This document shows, in pieces, positions 31,331 to 42,056 of a DNA stretch of 64,000 nt. Position numbers and translations under genes: made by a program. Below the pieces are notes generated by a model. It did not search any database. It saw only the letters and a program-made list of their open reading frames with translations, and was not told the DNA's origin. Position 1 is the stretch's first letter; each line of letters starts with the position of its first letter. Location of the stretch: NCBI GenBank assembly GCA_965198175.1, contig OZ240245.1, positions 1,856,001-1,920,000 on the forward strand, given 5' to 3'. This stretch comes from Candidatus Poribacteria bacterium (GTDB lineage: Bacteria > Poribacteria > WGA-4E > PCPOR2b).

Positions 31331-32313
31331 AGAGGTAGTGTGATCTAAGTATCATTATGTAAAGTATAGCATATCAAAAAAGCACAGTACCCGTCAACCG
31401 AAAACACTGCTCTGACGAGAACCGACTTGACGATAAACTGAATTTGAACTAAGGTGAGACCGATACATTTCATGATGATGAAATCCAAGTGTCTCCCAAC
31501 TAGCACTCCCCTTCGCTCTTGACAATGCTGCCGCTGTCTGAATGCGACTGATACAAAAACTAAGCGTTCAGCCTACCAAAATTCCAATTGCGGCGCCCTT
31601 GTCCCCACCTATTGTTGAGAAAATCTCAACCCTGTCACGGACTCGGCTGAACTGTTGTATTGAAAGTTTGGGAAGCACGACGAATTCTATAGTGTCCTAA
31701 ACAGAAAGAATTTGCCGGTCTGTTGAGCTTGAGAATCGGTTTCACCTTTAGCAACTAGCGTTGCGGTGTGAAAGGTCTTAACTCCTCGTGTGCTCCCGTA
31801 CCAGGCTCGCCTTACAGATTCCGAAAGCGCGTACTGTGGGTCTCTGGCTTTCGGCGACACGGTGAGAGATTGTCTATTATCATGAATCAGGCTGGGGTTT
31901 GTGGCAGGATGTCGAAACCCATCGCGGGAAAGAAACGTGTGGGGAGGTTCTGACGGACACATGGTTCCGAACTCCTTACGGTGCCATTTTCGATTCGCCG
32001 TTTTTTTCGACTGTTTGGCAGGTAAATTCGAATGAGGCGAAGAATTAGGGTCGGCGTGTGGCGATAGAACTGAATCTGAGGATTGCGCTAAAACTTTTGA
32101 GCGTTCAGAACGGTGTGCGGTTTGAGCTGCCTTTCAAAGATTGATCACTGGGGTCAACTAAGACTGGTTTCGATGAAATGTTGTTCTTTATATCCTCCGA
32201 GAATACAAAGAGCATACTACCCAATGGCGATTGGTACAGTGGAAGGTGGCACCGATGTATAATCACCACTCTTAATCGGGTTGAGGAGGGGTAGCTTACC
32301 TTTTTCCCATCCG

Positions 32314-33531
32314 TTAAGTCGACTCTAACATCAGCAGTAAGAGGTTCAGTTCTTCTTTCACCATGTCATTTTGTTCCTTATCTTGAAAATATTTCCAGAG
32401 ATTGTATTCAAGATTGTCCTCTGATGGATGGGCTTTAATCCGAGTCCGGAGTTCATTGGTTTTGAGAATCTGAACAATCCGCAGCCGATCATTTGGTTCG
32501 TTTATCCGATCCAATTCATTGATTAGACGCACGTCCATGTTTTTCCCCAACCCCTTTTCAGCGTGGGCAATCAGCGCCCTTGTTGCCGCTTTTTTTGTAT
32601 CCGCATTGGAATCCGTTTTGAGGATATTGATTAGCGGATTCACTGCATTCTCGGTTGGAAATTTTTGAAGCGCTTGTGCGGCATGCATACGCACTTGAGC
32701 GTCAGGGTCCTTGAGAACGCTGACAATTTGAGCCGCTGGGGAATCATTCAACTCCGACAGCGCCTTCGATGATGCGCGACGTACAACAACATCGCTATTA
32801 CTCAAGCCTGCGATAATTTCCGGTTTGTATGTTGACTTTTTGCCAAGCTTATAAAGGGCAACGTTGAGTTCCATTATCAGCCCTGCATTGCTGCTGTCTT
32901 GACTCTTTCGAAATGATTCCAACTCTGGAAGCATTTTCGGATCGTTAATCTTTCCAATCAACTGAACAAGAGCAGACTTCACAGCAGCCGGTGTGTCTGG
33001 CTCTTTGAGTGCAGCGATCATGTGGTCTAATCCTTGGGAGCCAATGTGATAAAACATTGCCATCAATTCACCTTCAATTTGTGCATATTTCCAGGTCTTA
33101 CCCAGGCTTTCAATCAATAAAGGAACGGCTTCACTCCCTTTATCGATTAACACTTGCATTGCATCTTTCTGGACACGATGGCGTTCATTGAGCACATCAA
33201 GGATTTTCCTCATTTCAGCCGTGTTCATCTCGGCTAACCTTTTCTGCCGTTCTTCTTTATAAATCTTGTCACGAAGTGCGGTCTTAGCGTCCCCACTTGA
33301 AAGCGCGGTCGTATAGGCAATCAACAATAGCGCTCTCGGTTCCACTTTTTCGATTTCAGACTTGGCTTCTTTGGTTTCAGCCAATTTTAGGTGTTCAATA
33401 GCTTCGATTTCCAGACCTGCGCCGAGCAGCTTATCTCGACCGACTTCCAATTGCGTAACCACCTGTTGTTTGTTACACCCGGCACCAGCAACCAACAAAA
33501 GAATTATCGGTATCGTCAGTAACCTCTTCAT
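32314..33531 (-). CDS. HEAT-repeat lipoprotein
   Basis: Lipobox LVAGAGC; HEAT repeats (LSNSDVVVRRASSKAL, LKDPDAQVRMHAAQAL); GAGGAG RBS. Confidence 0.85.
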   Translation of the reverse strand: MKRLLTIPIILLLVAGAGCNKQQVVTQLEVGRDKLLGAGLEIEAIEHLKLAETKEAKSEIEKVEPRALLLIAYTTALSSGDAKTALRDKIYKEERQKRLAEMNTAEMRKILDVLNERHRVQKDAMQVLIDKGSEAVPLLIESLGKTWKYAQIEGELMAMFYHIGSQGLDHMIAALKEPDTPAAVKSALVQLIGKINDPKMLPELESFRKSQDSSNAGLIMELNVALYKLGKKSTYKPEIIAGLSNSDVVVRRASSKALSELNDSPAAQIVSVLKDPDAQVRMHAAQALQKFPTENAVNPLINILKTDSNADTKKAATRALIAHAEKGLGKNMDVRLINELDRINEPNDRLRIVQILKTNELRTRIKAHPSEDNLEYNLWKYFQDKEQNDMVKEELNLLLLMLEST

Positions 33532-33993
33532 GTTCTATTTTTCTCTCCTCTTCAGAAATTTTTGGTAATCTGGTTCTTTTCGTCAAGCATGACACGGAAT
33601 GGAAGGGTGTTGGGATACAACTCCGATTCGCCGCTAACTACTATTGACGCTAAGTTCTATTAGGAAGATAAATCTTAACATTCTGACAAAAGCCTACATT
33701 AAGGTTGTTCCGCGCATTTAGCCAAGCACGCCTGACTATCCGAGCCTTCCCCACGACGTTGAAAGAAACGGCAAATCTGAATAACTAGCTTAGTTTACAA
33801 AATATTGACTTTTCTGTCAAGCATAAATTCTTCCTAAAAGGTGCTTTTAATTCCGGACTAACGAAGGCTGATGGATTCACAAAGTTTATCTAAATCAAGC
33901 AGACGTTGGCGGCGATAGGGTTTTGGGTACGCAATGGATAACCTGAAATTCTGAACGGAAGAATGTGAGATTTGATACGGACCAATATTTTTC

Positions 33994-34022
33994 TCGACGC
34001 TTATATGCATATTTGATATAAT
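33994..34022 (+). promoter_or_regulatory. Sigma70-type promoter upstream of the isomerase pair
   Basis: TCGACG-17 nt-TATAAT with TGn extended -10. Confidence 0.55.
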
Positions 34023-34245
34023 GGGAGATGGATGTGCAAGGTGCGATGATATGCTAACATGAGATAAACAACGGCGTCACAGTTAATCGGTTAACGGTGT
34101 GATGTATTTTGAAAAACAAGTATTGAAAAAAAACTTCTACGGTGTTACATATGCCGAAATTCTTATTACACATTCTGCAGAAGTAGTAGGACCGCGTTAG
34201 AGAATTAGTAAAAGTCCTAGAATCATCACAACGGAGATATCAAAA

Positions 34246-35109
34246 ATGAAAATCTGTCTCGGTGAAGGATTTCAGTTTGGACAATACCCCTTCGAAGATG
34301 CAATGAAAGCCATCAACAAAATTGGCTATGACTACGTAGAACTTCTCACCGGTTCCCATCTTGATCCAAATGCGTCTGATGGCCAGATTAAGGAAAAAGC
34401 GAAGGTCATGGATAATTACGACATCAAGGCAGCAGCTGTATTGGGAGGTGGACCGCTCGCCTCACTTGATGCGGCAACCCGGCATCAGGCGGTGAAGAGT
34501 TTCAAACGCCAGATTGTTGTTGCACGCTTGCTGGGATGTGACTATATAACCAGTGAGATGAACGGCGGTACTTCGCTACAACTCCATGACTGTATCGGGG
34601 CGTTTAAGGCATCTATGCGCGAAGTAGCTCCGGTGCTCGAAGGAGAGGGTGTACAGGCTTCCTTTGAAGCCCATCCCGGCGATTTCGTTGAAGATAATAA
34701 TCTGGGAGTGGATATTCTCAGGGAAATTGGGCACAAGAATATCGGATACTTGTACTGTGGTCCCCACACATTCATCCTGGGCGAAGACCCTGTCGCAATG
34801 ATTGAGTATGCCGCCGATATTTTGAATTGGATTCACGTCGCTGATTCGTATCGAGAGGAGCGTATCATCATCAGCTTTGCCCCCAAGGGATATGCAACTG
34901 TGGGAGGAACTCCGGAATTCAAGAAAACAAGAGGACATTTACATCTCGTTCCTGGCGATGGTGAAGTCGACTTTGCACGTGTCTTTCGCACCTTAAAGAA
35001 AATTGGATATGATGGCTTTGTTAGTGCAATACCTTTCGACTCAACAACACCTGTTGAGGCTGCGACACAGTCCCTCAAAATGATTCAGGAGTACATTTCG
35101 GAGTCGTAA
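34246..35109 (+). CDS. Sugar phosphate isomerase/epimerase (xylose isomerase-like TIM barrel, IolH-like), paralog 1
   Basis: GYDYVEL, FEAHPGDFVE, YCGPH, IHVAD, HLVPGDGEVDF, GYDG. Confidence 0.85.
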   Translation: MKICLGEGFQFGQYPFEDAMKAINKIGYDYVELLTGSHLDPNASDGQIKEKAKVMDNYDIKAAAVLGGGPLASLDAATRHQAVKSFKRQIVVARLLGCDYITSEMNGGTSLQLHDCIGAFKASMREVAPVLEGEGVQASFEAHPGDFVEDNNLGVDILREIGHKNIGYLYCGPHTFILGEDPVAMIEYAADILNWIHVADSYREERIIISFAPKGYATVGGTPEFKKTRGHLHLVPGDGEVDFARVFRTLKKIGYDGFVSAIPFDSTTPVEAATQSLKMIQEYISES

Positions 35110-35378
35110 GAAGACAATCCCGTGCTAGTTTTGTCACCGAAGTTATGGCGTTCGTGGTCACTCCACAATCGCCGGGGGATGAGCGGTGTAGCAAATTCTT
35201 CGGCGCCTGGTTGTCCACTCGCCACATTGCACACGCCCAACTGGGTGTTGCTAATTGTCGGATTAAAACTGTATTGGTCGGAAAGATGGTTGATACTACA
35301 CCGATAGAGTGGGATGCCCGCGCACAGGGCTGTCCTAATTTGACGACATAAACATCAGAGAAAAGGAGACGTGGAAAT

Positions 35379-36230
35379 ATGAAAACCTGTCTTGGTGAAG
35401 GATTTCTGTTCTCAAAATATTCCCTTGAGGCACGAATGGAGGAAATCAGCAAGATTGGCTATGGGCATGTAGAGACTGGCGTCAACGCTCACGCACCTCA
35501 AGCCGAAATCGAGGAAATTGCGAGCGTTATGCAGCGCTATGGGATAAAGCCCGCAGCCATTGGGGGTGGCGGACCGATTGCGTCACTCAACGAAGAGACC
35601 CGGCGTCAAGCGGTGGAAAATGTCGAACGGCAGATTGTAGTCGCACGTATGTTGGGCTGCGATATGGTTACCTGCGAGATGAGTGGAGGCACTTCAGACC
35701 AACGAGATGAATGTATTCAGGCATTCAAGGTGTCTTCAGAAGAATTGGTGCCGGTATTGGAAAAAGAGCGTGTACAAGCTGCATTCGAAGCGCATCCTGG
35801 TGACTTCGTTGAGGACAACAATACAGCGGTAGATATCCTCAAGGAGATTGGGCACGACAATATCGGATACCTATATTGTGGTCCTCACACATTTATTTTA
35901 GGAGAAGACCCCGCCGCGATGATCGAATATGCCGCCGATGTCTTGAAATGGGTTCACATCGCTGATACTTACAAGCAAGAGCGAATCATCGTCAGTGACG
36001 CCTCCAAGGGATACGTTAGTATGGTGGGGCTTCCAGACTACAAGGGGTTAACCGCACATATGCACCTCGTGCCAGGCGATGGAGAAGTCGACTTTGGAAG
36101 CATCTTTCGAACTCTGAAGAGAATTGGATACGACGGTTTTGTCAGTGCGATACCGTTCGACTCTATCACACCTGTTGAAACTGCAGCACAATCTCTCAAG
36201 ATGATGCAAAAGTACATTGACGAGGCGTGA
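35379..36230 (+). CDS. Sugar phosphate isomerase/epimerase (IolH-like), paralog 2
   Basis: Same motifs; aligns end to end with 34246..35109. Confidence 0.85.
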   Translation: MKTCLGEGFLFSKYSLEARMEEISKIGYGHVETGVNAHAPQAEIEEIASVMQRYGIKPAAIGGGGPIASLNEETRRQAVENVERQIVVARMLGCDMVTCEMSGGTSDQRDECIQAFKVSSEELVPVLEKERVQAAFEAHPGDFVEDNNTAVDILKEIGHDNIGYLYCGPHTFILGEDPAAMIEYAADVLKWVHIADTYKQERIIVSDASKGYVSMVGLPDYKGLTAHMHLVPGDGEVDFGSIFRTLKRIGYDGFVSAIPFDSITPVETAAQSLKMMQKYIDEA

Positions 36231-36307
36231 TGAAAGTAAACGAACAACCGGCAATTGGCTATCCCTCGTTTTCATGAGGGACGTACGTCAATTCCATAGA
36301 GACAGCA

Positions 36308-37228
36308 ATGGATTGGAAAACGGAGCTTGCTTCAATTATTCAAAATCACTCCAGTGCCTCAAAGCTCCGCTTCGACGAGCCGATGAGGAAGCACACTTAC
36401 TTTGGAATTGGCGGGACTGCAACTGCTTACAGTGAAATCGCCACAGTCCAAGAACTTGCCGCCGTGGCAGAGTTGAAAAAACGTTGGCGAATTCCAGTCG
36501 CCATCATCGGTCGGGGTTCCAATCTGTTAATCAGCGATGCGAGGTATGAAGGGATCATCATTCGACTAATCGGGGAGTTCGATCAAATCGAGTTTGACGG
36601 AAACCGTGTCTGTGCAGGTGCAGGCGTTTCTCTACCCAAACTGTCGAAAACTACCGCGCGCCGTAGCTTGAGTGGCGCCGAGTTCGCGCTTGGTATTCCC
36701 GGTTCTATCGGCGGAGCGTTGACTATGAACGCAGGCGCCTGGGGAAGTTGCTTCGGAGATCTTGTTGAGAAGATCCAAGTGATGTTAGATGACGGCGGAT
36801 TAATCGACATTTACCGTGATGACGCACAGTTTAGCTACCGCCATAGCCAGTTGCAAGCCTACTTCTGCACTACGGGTGTCATTCTCAACCTCACTCCCGG
36901 CAATGCAGAAACGATTACTGCGCACATGCAAGAACTCTACAAGCAGAAAATCGAAAGTCAGCCATTTGTAGAGGAGAACGCAGGGTGTATGTTTAAAAAC
37001 CCGTCCGGTGCTTCCGCGGGGCAGCTAATTGACGAATGCGGCTTGAAAGGGTATCGAATCGGAGGAGCGGAGGTTTCCAAAATTCACGGAAACTTTATCA
37101 TCAATATCGATTGTGCAACGGCGCAGGATGTACTCGATCTAGTTCACCACATCCAAACGCATGTCAAGAAGAAAAAGGGTGTCGAGTTGCAAATGGAAGT
37201 CAAACTATTGGGGTTTGATAATCAGTGA
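36308..37228 (+). CDS. murB: UDP-N-acetylenolpyruvoylglucosamine reductase
   Basis: HTYFGIGG, GRGSNLL, GIPGSIGGALTMNAGA, FSYRHS, AGCMFKNP, HGNFIIN. Confidence 0.95.
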   Translation: MDWKTELASIIQNHSSASKLRFDEPMRKHTYFGIGGTATAYSEIATVQELAAVAELKKRWRIPVAIIGRGSNLLISDARYEGIIIRLIGEFDQIEFDGNRVCAGAGVSLPKLSKTTARRSLSGAEFALGIPGSIGGALTMNAGAWGSCFGDLVEKIQVMLDDGGLIDIYRDDAQFSYRHSQLQAYFCTTGVILNLTPGNAETITAHMQELYKQKIESQPFVEENAGCMFKNPSGASAGQLIDECGLKGYRIGGAEVSKIHGNFIINIDCATAQDVLDLVHHIQTHVKKKKGVELQMEVKLLGFDNQ

Positions 37229-37470
37229 GCACAATGTCACCAAATTTGGTGAAGACCACCTTATATGCTCTCACCGCCTCGTCATTTGCCCGACACGCAC
37301 CTTTTTCCTCCTAGGATTTTCGTAATCGGGACCGTATCTTCTTCAATCCCTCCTTACTTTCCCCGTTTCTTCCAGTTTTCTAATCCGGTTGCCTGGCAGC
37401 GGGTGCTCATTCTCACGCTGGCAGCAGCTTTCGCCTCCTGTTTAGGTACAGTGTTGATTGATTTAATCCG

Positions 37471-39396
37471 ATGAAAAGAGACCCCTTTACCAAAATCAGC
37501 AAGCGAGCTGTGCTAATCGGCGTATTACTAATTATTGCCAACAGTTACTGGATTGCCTACGTCGAGATGATATGGCATACCGCACATCTGACCATCGTTG
37601 CGTTGTCGGTCAATGTCGTGTTTGCCCTCCTGCTGATAACATGGCTGAATATGGCTGTCAATCACTCCTTCCCGAAAGCCGCCCTGAGTCAACAGGACCT
37701 GCTTACCATCTACGCCATGCTTGCTGTCGGGAGTGCATTTACTGGACATGATTGCATTCCGCGTTTGATGGGATTGATACCTTATGCTTTTCGTTTTGCA
37801 ACCCCTGAAAACGATTGGGAAGCATTGTTGTTTCACCACTTACCCGAATGGCTGGTTATCTCCCATCCGAAAACGGTCACAGATTTCTATGAAGGCAAGG
37901 TCAACTTTTTTACAGGCGGATACTTGCAACATTGGATCGCGCCAATCTTATCGTGGTCGATTGTTATTTTCCTATTGATGATAGTTTTCCTCTGCGTGAC
38001 GATAATTATCCGACGACAATGGGTAGCACATGAAAAATTGGCGTATCCGATTATCCAGATTCCACTTGAAATCACTGGGCGTTCAGGAGCGATTTTCAGA
38101 AACCGATTGCTGTGGATTGGGTTCGCGATTGCCGCAACAATCGACTTGATAAATGGGCTTGAGTTCTTCTTTCCAGCTCTACCGATGATTCCTGTCAAGA
38201 AATATAACCTGGCTGTTTATTTTACTCAAAAGCCGTGGAACGCGCTGGGCAGCACACCGCTTAATTTCACCCCCTATCTACTCGGCCTCGCTTTTATCCT
38301 CCCTTTAGATCTTTCATTCTCCTGTGCGTTCTTCTATCTCCTCCAAAAGGTGCAGCTTCTCTACGGCGGCATGGCTGGTGTCGCAATTTTGCCCGGGTAC
38401 CCCTTCTTTGGTGAACAAGGCGCAGGTGCGTTGCTTGCTTTACTTGCGGTGGTATGTTGGCACAGCAGAAAGCATTTTGCTCGTGTCATCGCTCGGATCG
38501 TTCGCCCAAATCAAGAAGAAGAGGCAAGTGAACCCATCCCTTATCGATGGGCAGTGATCGCGTTGTGTGTCTGTCTTGTGCTGTTGCTAATCTTCTGCGT
38601 AAAAGGCGGAATGTCAATTTGGGCGTATGTCCTCTTCATTGGGGTGTATCTGTCAATCGTTGTAGGGTTGGCTCGCATTCGAGCCGAATTAGGGCCGCCA
38701 CTGCATGCGATCGGTTATCTCACTCCGCAGCACTTGCTCGTCTCAATGCTTGGCACGCGGCGTCTCAGAACAGGAAATTTGACAATGCTCTCCTTGATGA
38801 ACTGGCTCAGCGGAGCGGCCTATGCCTCGTTTCGCACTCATCCCTTGGCGGATCAACTCGAATCCTTTAAGCTAGCCGATCAAACTGGCATTAGAAATCG
38901 AACAATGCTAATTGCCCTGCTCATTGCCTGCATCGTGGGGATAGAATCAAGTCTCATCCTCTATCCATACACGATTTACAAGGAGGGAGTTGCGGCAGGT
39001 TCAGAGCAGATTCACGCCGGGGGTGCGGATACTTACAATTTTCTCTCCTCATGGTTAATCAATCCCAAACCTACGGATTGGGTAGCCATGATTGTCTTCG
39101 GCTTTACGTTTGTATTGAATCTCGGCATTATGTTCCTTCGCGCGCGATTTGTCTGGTGCCCGCTTCACCCGGCGGGCTATGTTATTGGCATTGCTCCCGG
39201 TATAACGGATTCTCTCTGGCTTCCGTTAATGCTCGCGATGATCGTTAAGTGGTTTATACTCAAGCATGGCGGGATTAAAGCCTATCGTCGAGCGATTCCT
39301 TTCTTTGTGGGTTTGGTACTCGGTGAAGCGCTGATGGGGTGTTTCTGGCCAATCGTTAGCCTCATTCTGCGATCGGCCGTGTATTCAGTAATTTAA
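37471..39396 (+). CDS. Polytopic membrane protein, DUF6785/DUF6784 (OPT-like peptide transporter) type
   Basis: Many TM segments; RRQWVAHEKLAYPIIQIP, RIRAELGPP, WCPLHPAGY, KHGGIKAYRRAIPFFVGLVLGE. Confidence 0.7.
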   Translation: MKRDPFTKISKRAVLIGVLLIIANSYWIAYVEMIWHTAHLTIVALSVNVVFALLLITWLNMAVNHSFPKAALSQQDLLTIYAMLAVGSAFTGHDCIPRLMGLIPYAFRFATPENDWEALLFHHLPEWLVISHPKTVTDFYEGKVNFFTGGYLQHWIAPILSWSIVIFLLMIVFLCVTIIIRRQWVAHEKLAYPIIQIPLEITGRSGAIFRNRLLWIGFAIAATIDLINGLEFFFPALPMIPVKKYNLAVYFTQKPWNALGSTPLNFTPYLLGLAFILPLDLSFSCAFFYLLQKVQLLYGGMAGVAILPGYPFFGEQGAGALLALLAVVCWHSRKHFARVIARIVRPNQEEEASEPIPYRWAVIALCVCLVLLLIFCVKGGMSIWAYVLFIGVYLSIVVGLARIRAELGPPLHAIGYLTPQHLLVSMLGTRRLRTGNLTMLSLMNWLSGAAYASFRTHPLADQLESFKLADQTGIRNRTMLIALLIACIVGIESSLILYPYTIYKEGVAAGSEQIHAGGADTYNFLSSWLINPKPTDWVAMIVFGFTFVLNLGIMFLRARFVWCPLHPAGYVIGIAPGITDSLWLPLMLAMIVKWFILKHGGIKAYRRAIPFFVGLVLGEALMGCFWPIVSLILRSAVYSVI

Positions 39397-39523
39397 CCTA
39401 AATTGCCGCCGATTGAAAATCTATGCTTTTTCCGCTGGAAATAAGGACTTCAATTCTAACCTCAAAGGCAAACCCTCCCTATAGACGTGCAAATTACAAC
39501 TTTCCTGGTGCTGTGAAATTTTC

Positions 39524-39552
39524 TTGACATCTGGGTTGTCGTTTGCTAACGT
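39524..39552 (+). promoter_or_regulatory. Putative sigma70 promoter about 330 bp upstream of the FGE-domain gene
   Basis: TTGACA-17 nt-TAACGT with TGn. Confidence 0.45.
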
Positions 39553-39885
39553 ATTCTCCAGGATAATCAATAAGCTTGAAGGGCTCGGAGAAACTGAAAG
39601 TAACGCTTCAGTTATGTTTCGCTGCAGTTGCATATCAAGGGAACAGGATGTTTTGGTGCCATCGGATGGTTTTTTCGCCCGGCGGAAATCATATTGTTTG
39701 CTGGTCACTGTTTTCACGCTGCCTCTTAGGGACTCGAATCGGGAGGGGAATTCAGTATCTCTTGGATACTCACAAATACCTACTAGTGGATGGGTATGGC
39801 AACTCTCTCCGCCGCCATTGCGCCGCAATCGAATAGACTTTCATTACTTCCATGTTGTCCCCCAAACAGCAGACAGGAGCGACAC

Positions 39886-41745
39886 ATGCCGCAAACATGC
39901 CAAGCAACCCTTAATCGTACCAGCAAGAGTGCCATCCCAACCATCATAACGCTTCTCCTATTTATGAGTCAGTCCAAAACGATAGCCCGGGACAATGGCC
40001 ACCTACCTGAGATTCGCAATATCCACGCGCAACAACGCTTCGGAACTCGCCTTGCAGACATCACCTTCGATCTCTTTGACCTTGACGAAGAACCGCTCTC
40101 TATCATGCTATCTGCATCGGAGGATAACGGCGGGTCATATACGATTACCCCGCGCACTCTCCGCGGTGACGTTGGCGAAGGAATTCACCCCGGCGAACGC
40201 AAACGAATCGTCTGGGATGTGGGGGTCGACCTTCAGAGTGTGAAAAACCCAACGCTCAAAGTGCGTCTGATTGTAAGCGATAGCCACAGCCTCCCGGAAG
40301 AAACTATTTCCGATATTGATGGCGCGTTGATGAGGTTAATTCCCTCGGGCGATTTTGAGATGGGGGATCCGTTCAATGAAGACACTTTGCCTGAACGTCC
40401 AGTTCACACCGTCTCCCTCGACGATTTCTACATGGATGCGTTTGAGGTATCCAATGCACAATTTAAAAAATTCGTTGATGCGAATCCGGAGTGGAGCAAA
40501 GATTTCATCCCGCGTGAATATCATGATCGGGACTATCTGAAAGACTGGGACGGGAATAACTACCCGAGTGGTCAAGCGAATTATCCGGTCACTTGGGTCA
40601 GTTGGTATGCTGCTGCCGCTTATGCCCAGTGGGTGGAGAAACGTCTTCCGACCGAAGCGGAGTGGGAGAAAGCCGCGCGCGGGGGACTAGTTGACAAACG
40701 GTACCCGAATGGGAATACCATCACGCGTGATGAAGCGAATTATACGGGTATAGGCGGCAGAGATCAGTGGCACGGAGCGTCTCCTGTAGGCAGTTTCCCG
40801 CCGAACGGCTATGGCTTGTATGACATGGCGGGGAACGTTTGGGATTGGTGCATGGACGAGTTCATACCTTTGTTCTACCTAATAAGCCCAAGGAATAACC
40901 CACTAGGGGGTGAAATTTTCAATTTTGTTGATGACGACTTCACACGCATTAACAAGCCTCGCTCTCTACGTGGTGGAAGTTTTGAAGGTCATACGCGCCA
41001 CATGCGCACTTCGCTCCGTGTTGCCGCCCGACCAACATACACGGATGTATACGTCGGTTTCCGCTGCGTAAAAACGGATAATCTGTTCAGAAATGTAGTC
41101 GAAGAAACGCCTTCGTTCGTCGTGGAGACACCGAAAGGGACGCCGGCGGATGTGAACCGGGATGGCGTCGTAGACATATTCGACCTGGTGCTTGTCGGAA
41201 ACGCCCTTGGAACCGCAGGGATAGGTATTTCTGCGGACGTGGACGGTAACGGGCTGGTAGATGTCTTTGATTTGGTGATAGTGGCTAAGAGTATTGAGGC
41301 AAAATCCTCCACTGCACCTCACCTACCGGTTATTCGACAGCCAATTCCAGTTGCCGATTGGTTAGTTGATGCACAGGCAGCAAACGATGGATCTGCAGGT
41401 TTCCAGCAAGGAATTGCTCTCTTGGAGAATCTCCTGATGCTTGTTACCCCTGAAACGACTATGCTGTTCCCAAATTATCCGAACCCCTTCAATCCAGAAA
41501 CGTGGATTCCGTACCAAATCAGCGAGGCGTCGTCGGTGACGATGACAATCTATGACACGCTTGGTAACGTCGCCAAGCAGCTTGAATTAGGTTATCAGCC
41601 GAAGGGAGTCTATCGAACACCAAACCGCGCTGCACACTGGGATGGCGTCGATAAAGCCGGTGAACCTGTAGCTAGCGGTGTCTACTTCGTTGAGTTAAGG
41701 ACGAAGGGGTATCAGCAAACCCGGCGGATTGTTTTGCTGAAATAG
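39886..41745 (+). CDS. Secreted SUMF1/FGE-sulfatase (C-type lectin fold) protein with dockerin-like repeats and an FlgD/T9SS-type C-terminal domain
   Basis: Start placed at ATG 39886 (ACAGGAG RBS); RLPTEAEWEKAARGG, GLYDMAGNVWDW, RGGSF, VGFRC; ADVNRDGVVDIFDLV-like motif twice; YPNPFNPETWIPY...ASGVYF. Confidence 0.88.
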   Translation: MPQTCQATLNRTSKSAIPTIITLLLFMSQSKTIARDNGHLPEIRNIHAQQRFGTRLADITFDLFDLDEEPLSIMLSASEDNGGSYTITPRTLRGDVGEGIHPGERKRIVWDVGVDLQSVKNPTLKVRLIVSDSHSLPEETISDIDGALMRLIPSGDFEMGDPFNEDTLPERPVHTVSLDDFYMDAFEVSNAQFKKFVDANPEWSKDFIPREYHDRDYLKDWDGNNYPSGQANYPVTWVSWYAAAAYAQWVEKRLPTEAEWEKAARGGLVDKRYPNGNTITRDEANYTGIGGRDQWHGASPVGSFPPNGYGLYDMAGNVWDWCMDEFIPLFYLISPRNNPLGGEIFNFVDDDFTRINKPRSLRGGSFEGHTRHMRTSLRVAARPTYTDVYVGFRCVKTDNLFRNVVEETPSFVVETPKGTPADVNRDGVVDIFDLVLVGNALGTAGIGISADVDGNGLVDVFDLVIVAKSIEAKSSTAPHLPVIRQPIPVADWLVDAQAANDGSAGFQQGIALLENLLMLVTPETTMLFPNYPNPFNPETWIPYQISEASSVTMTIYDTLGNVAKQLELGYQPKGVYRTPNRAAHWDGVDKAGEPVASGVYFVELRTKGYQQTRRIVLLK

Positions 41746-41809
41746 GAAACGAGTTAATGTCGCCGATTGGTGGATCGGGAGATATTGGTGGAGGTACGAA
41801 ACACTGAAT

Positions 41810-41865
41810 AGGCGGGGATCAAGCGAACGGATAGTGAGTGCGATAGAGATTTTCCTTGCCCGCCT
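41810..41865 (+). repeat. 56-bp REP/MITE-like element with AGGCGGG..CCCGCCT terminal inverted repeats
   Basis: AGGCGGG GATCAAGCGAACGGATAGTGAGTGCGATAGAGATTTTCCTTG CCCGCCT. Confidence 0.85.
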
Positions 41866-42056
41866 TGTGCCGACATCCGTTTTAAGAATGGGCAGAGCAT
41901 CCTGCCCCGCCGCGAACCAAAGAGTGTTGACTTTCAACCCGATTATTAGGACAATAGCCGCAAAGCATGCAGAGGAGCGATTAATCACCCATTTTCTCAA
42001 GACGCTCTATGGATTGCACAACTGATTTTCCTTAACCATCAGAGGTAACCAATTCC

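Noticed and set aside
32150..32175. GGGGTC...GGTTTCGA resembling a tmRNA 5' end
   Set aside because: No matching T-arm/CCA 3' end or tag reading frame recognised
35122..35351. Short ORFs between the isomerase paralogs
   Set aside because: No RBS or recognisable motif
39725..39750. Minus-strand GATTCGAGTCCC resembling a tRNA T-loop
   Set aside because: The flanks do not pair into a T-stem or cloverleaf
39790..39885. Upstream start for the FGE-domain gene given by the ORF track
   Set aside because: ATG 39886 has an AGGAG RBS and places the signal-like segment at the N-terminus
40950..41075. FGE/C-type lectin C-terminus as a diversity-generating retroelement variable region
   Set aside because: I found no template repeat and no reverse transcriptase in the window; a remote DGR cannot be excluded without a genome search
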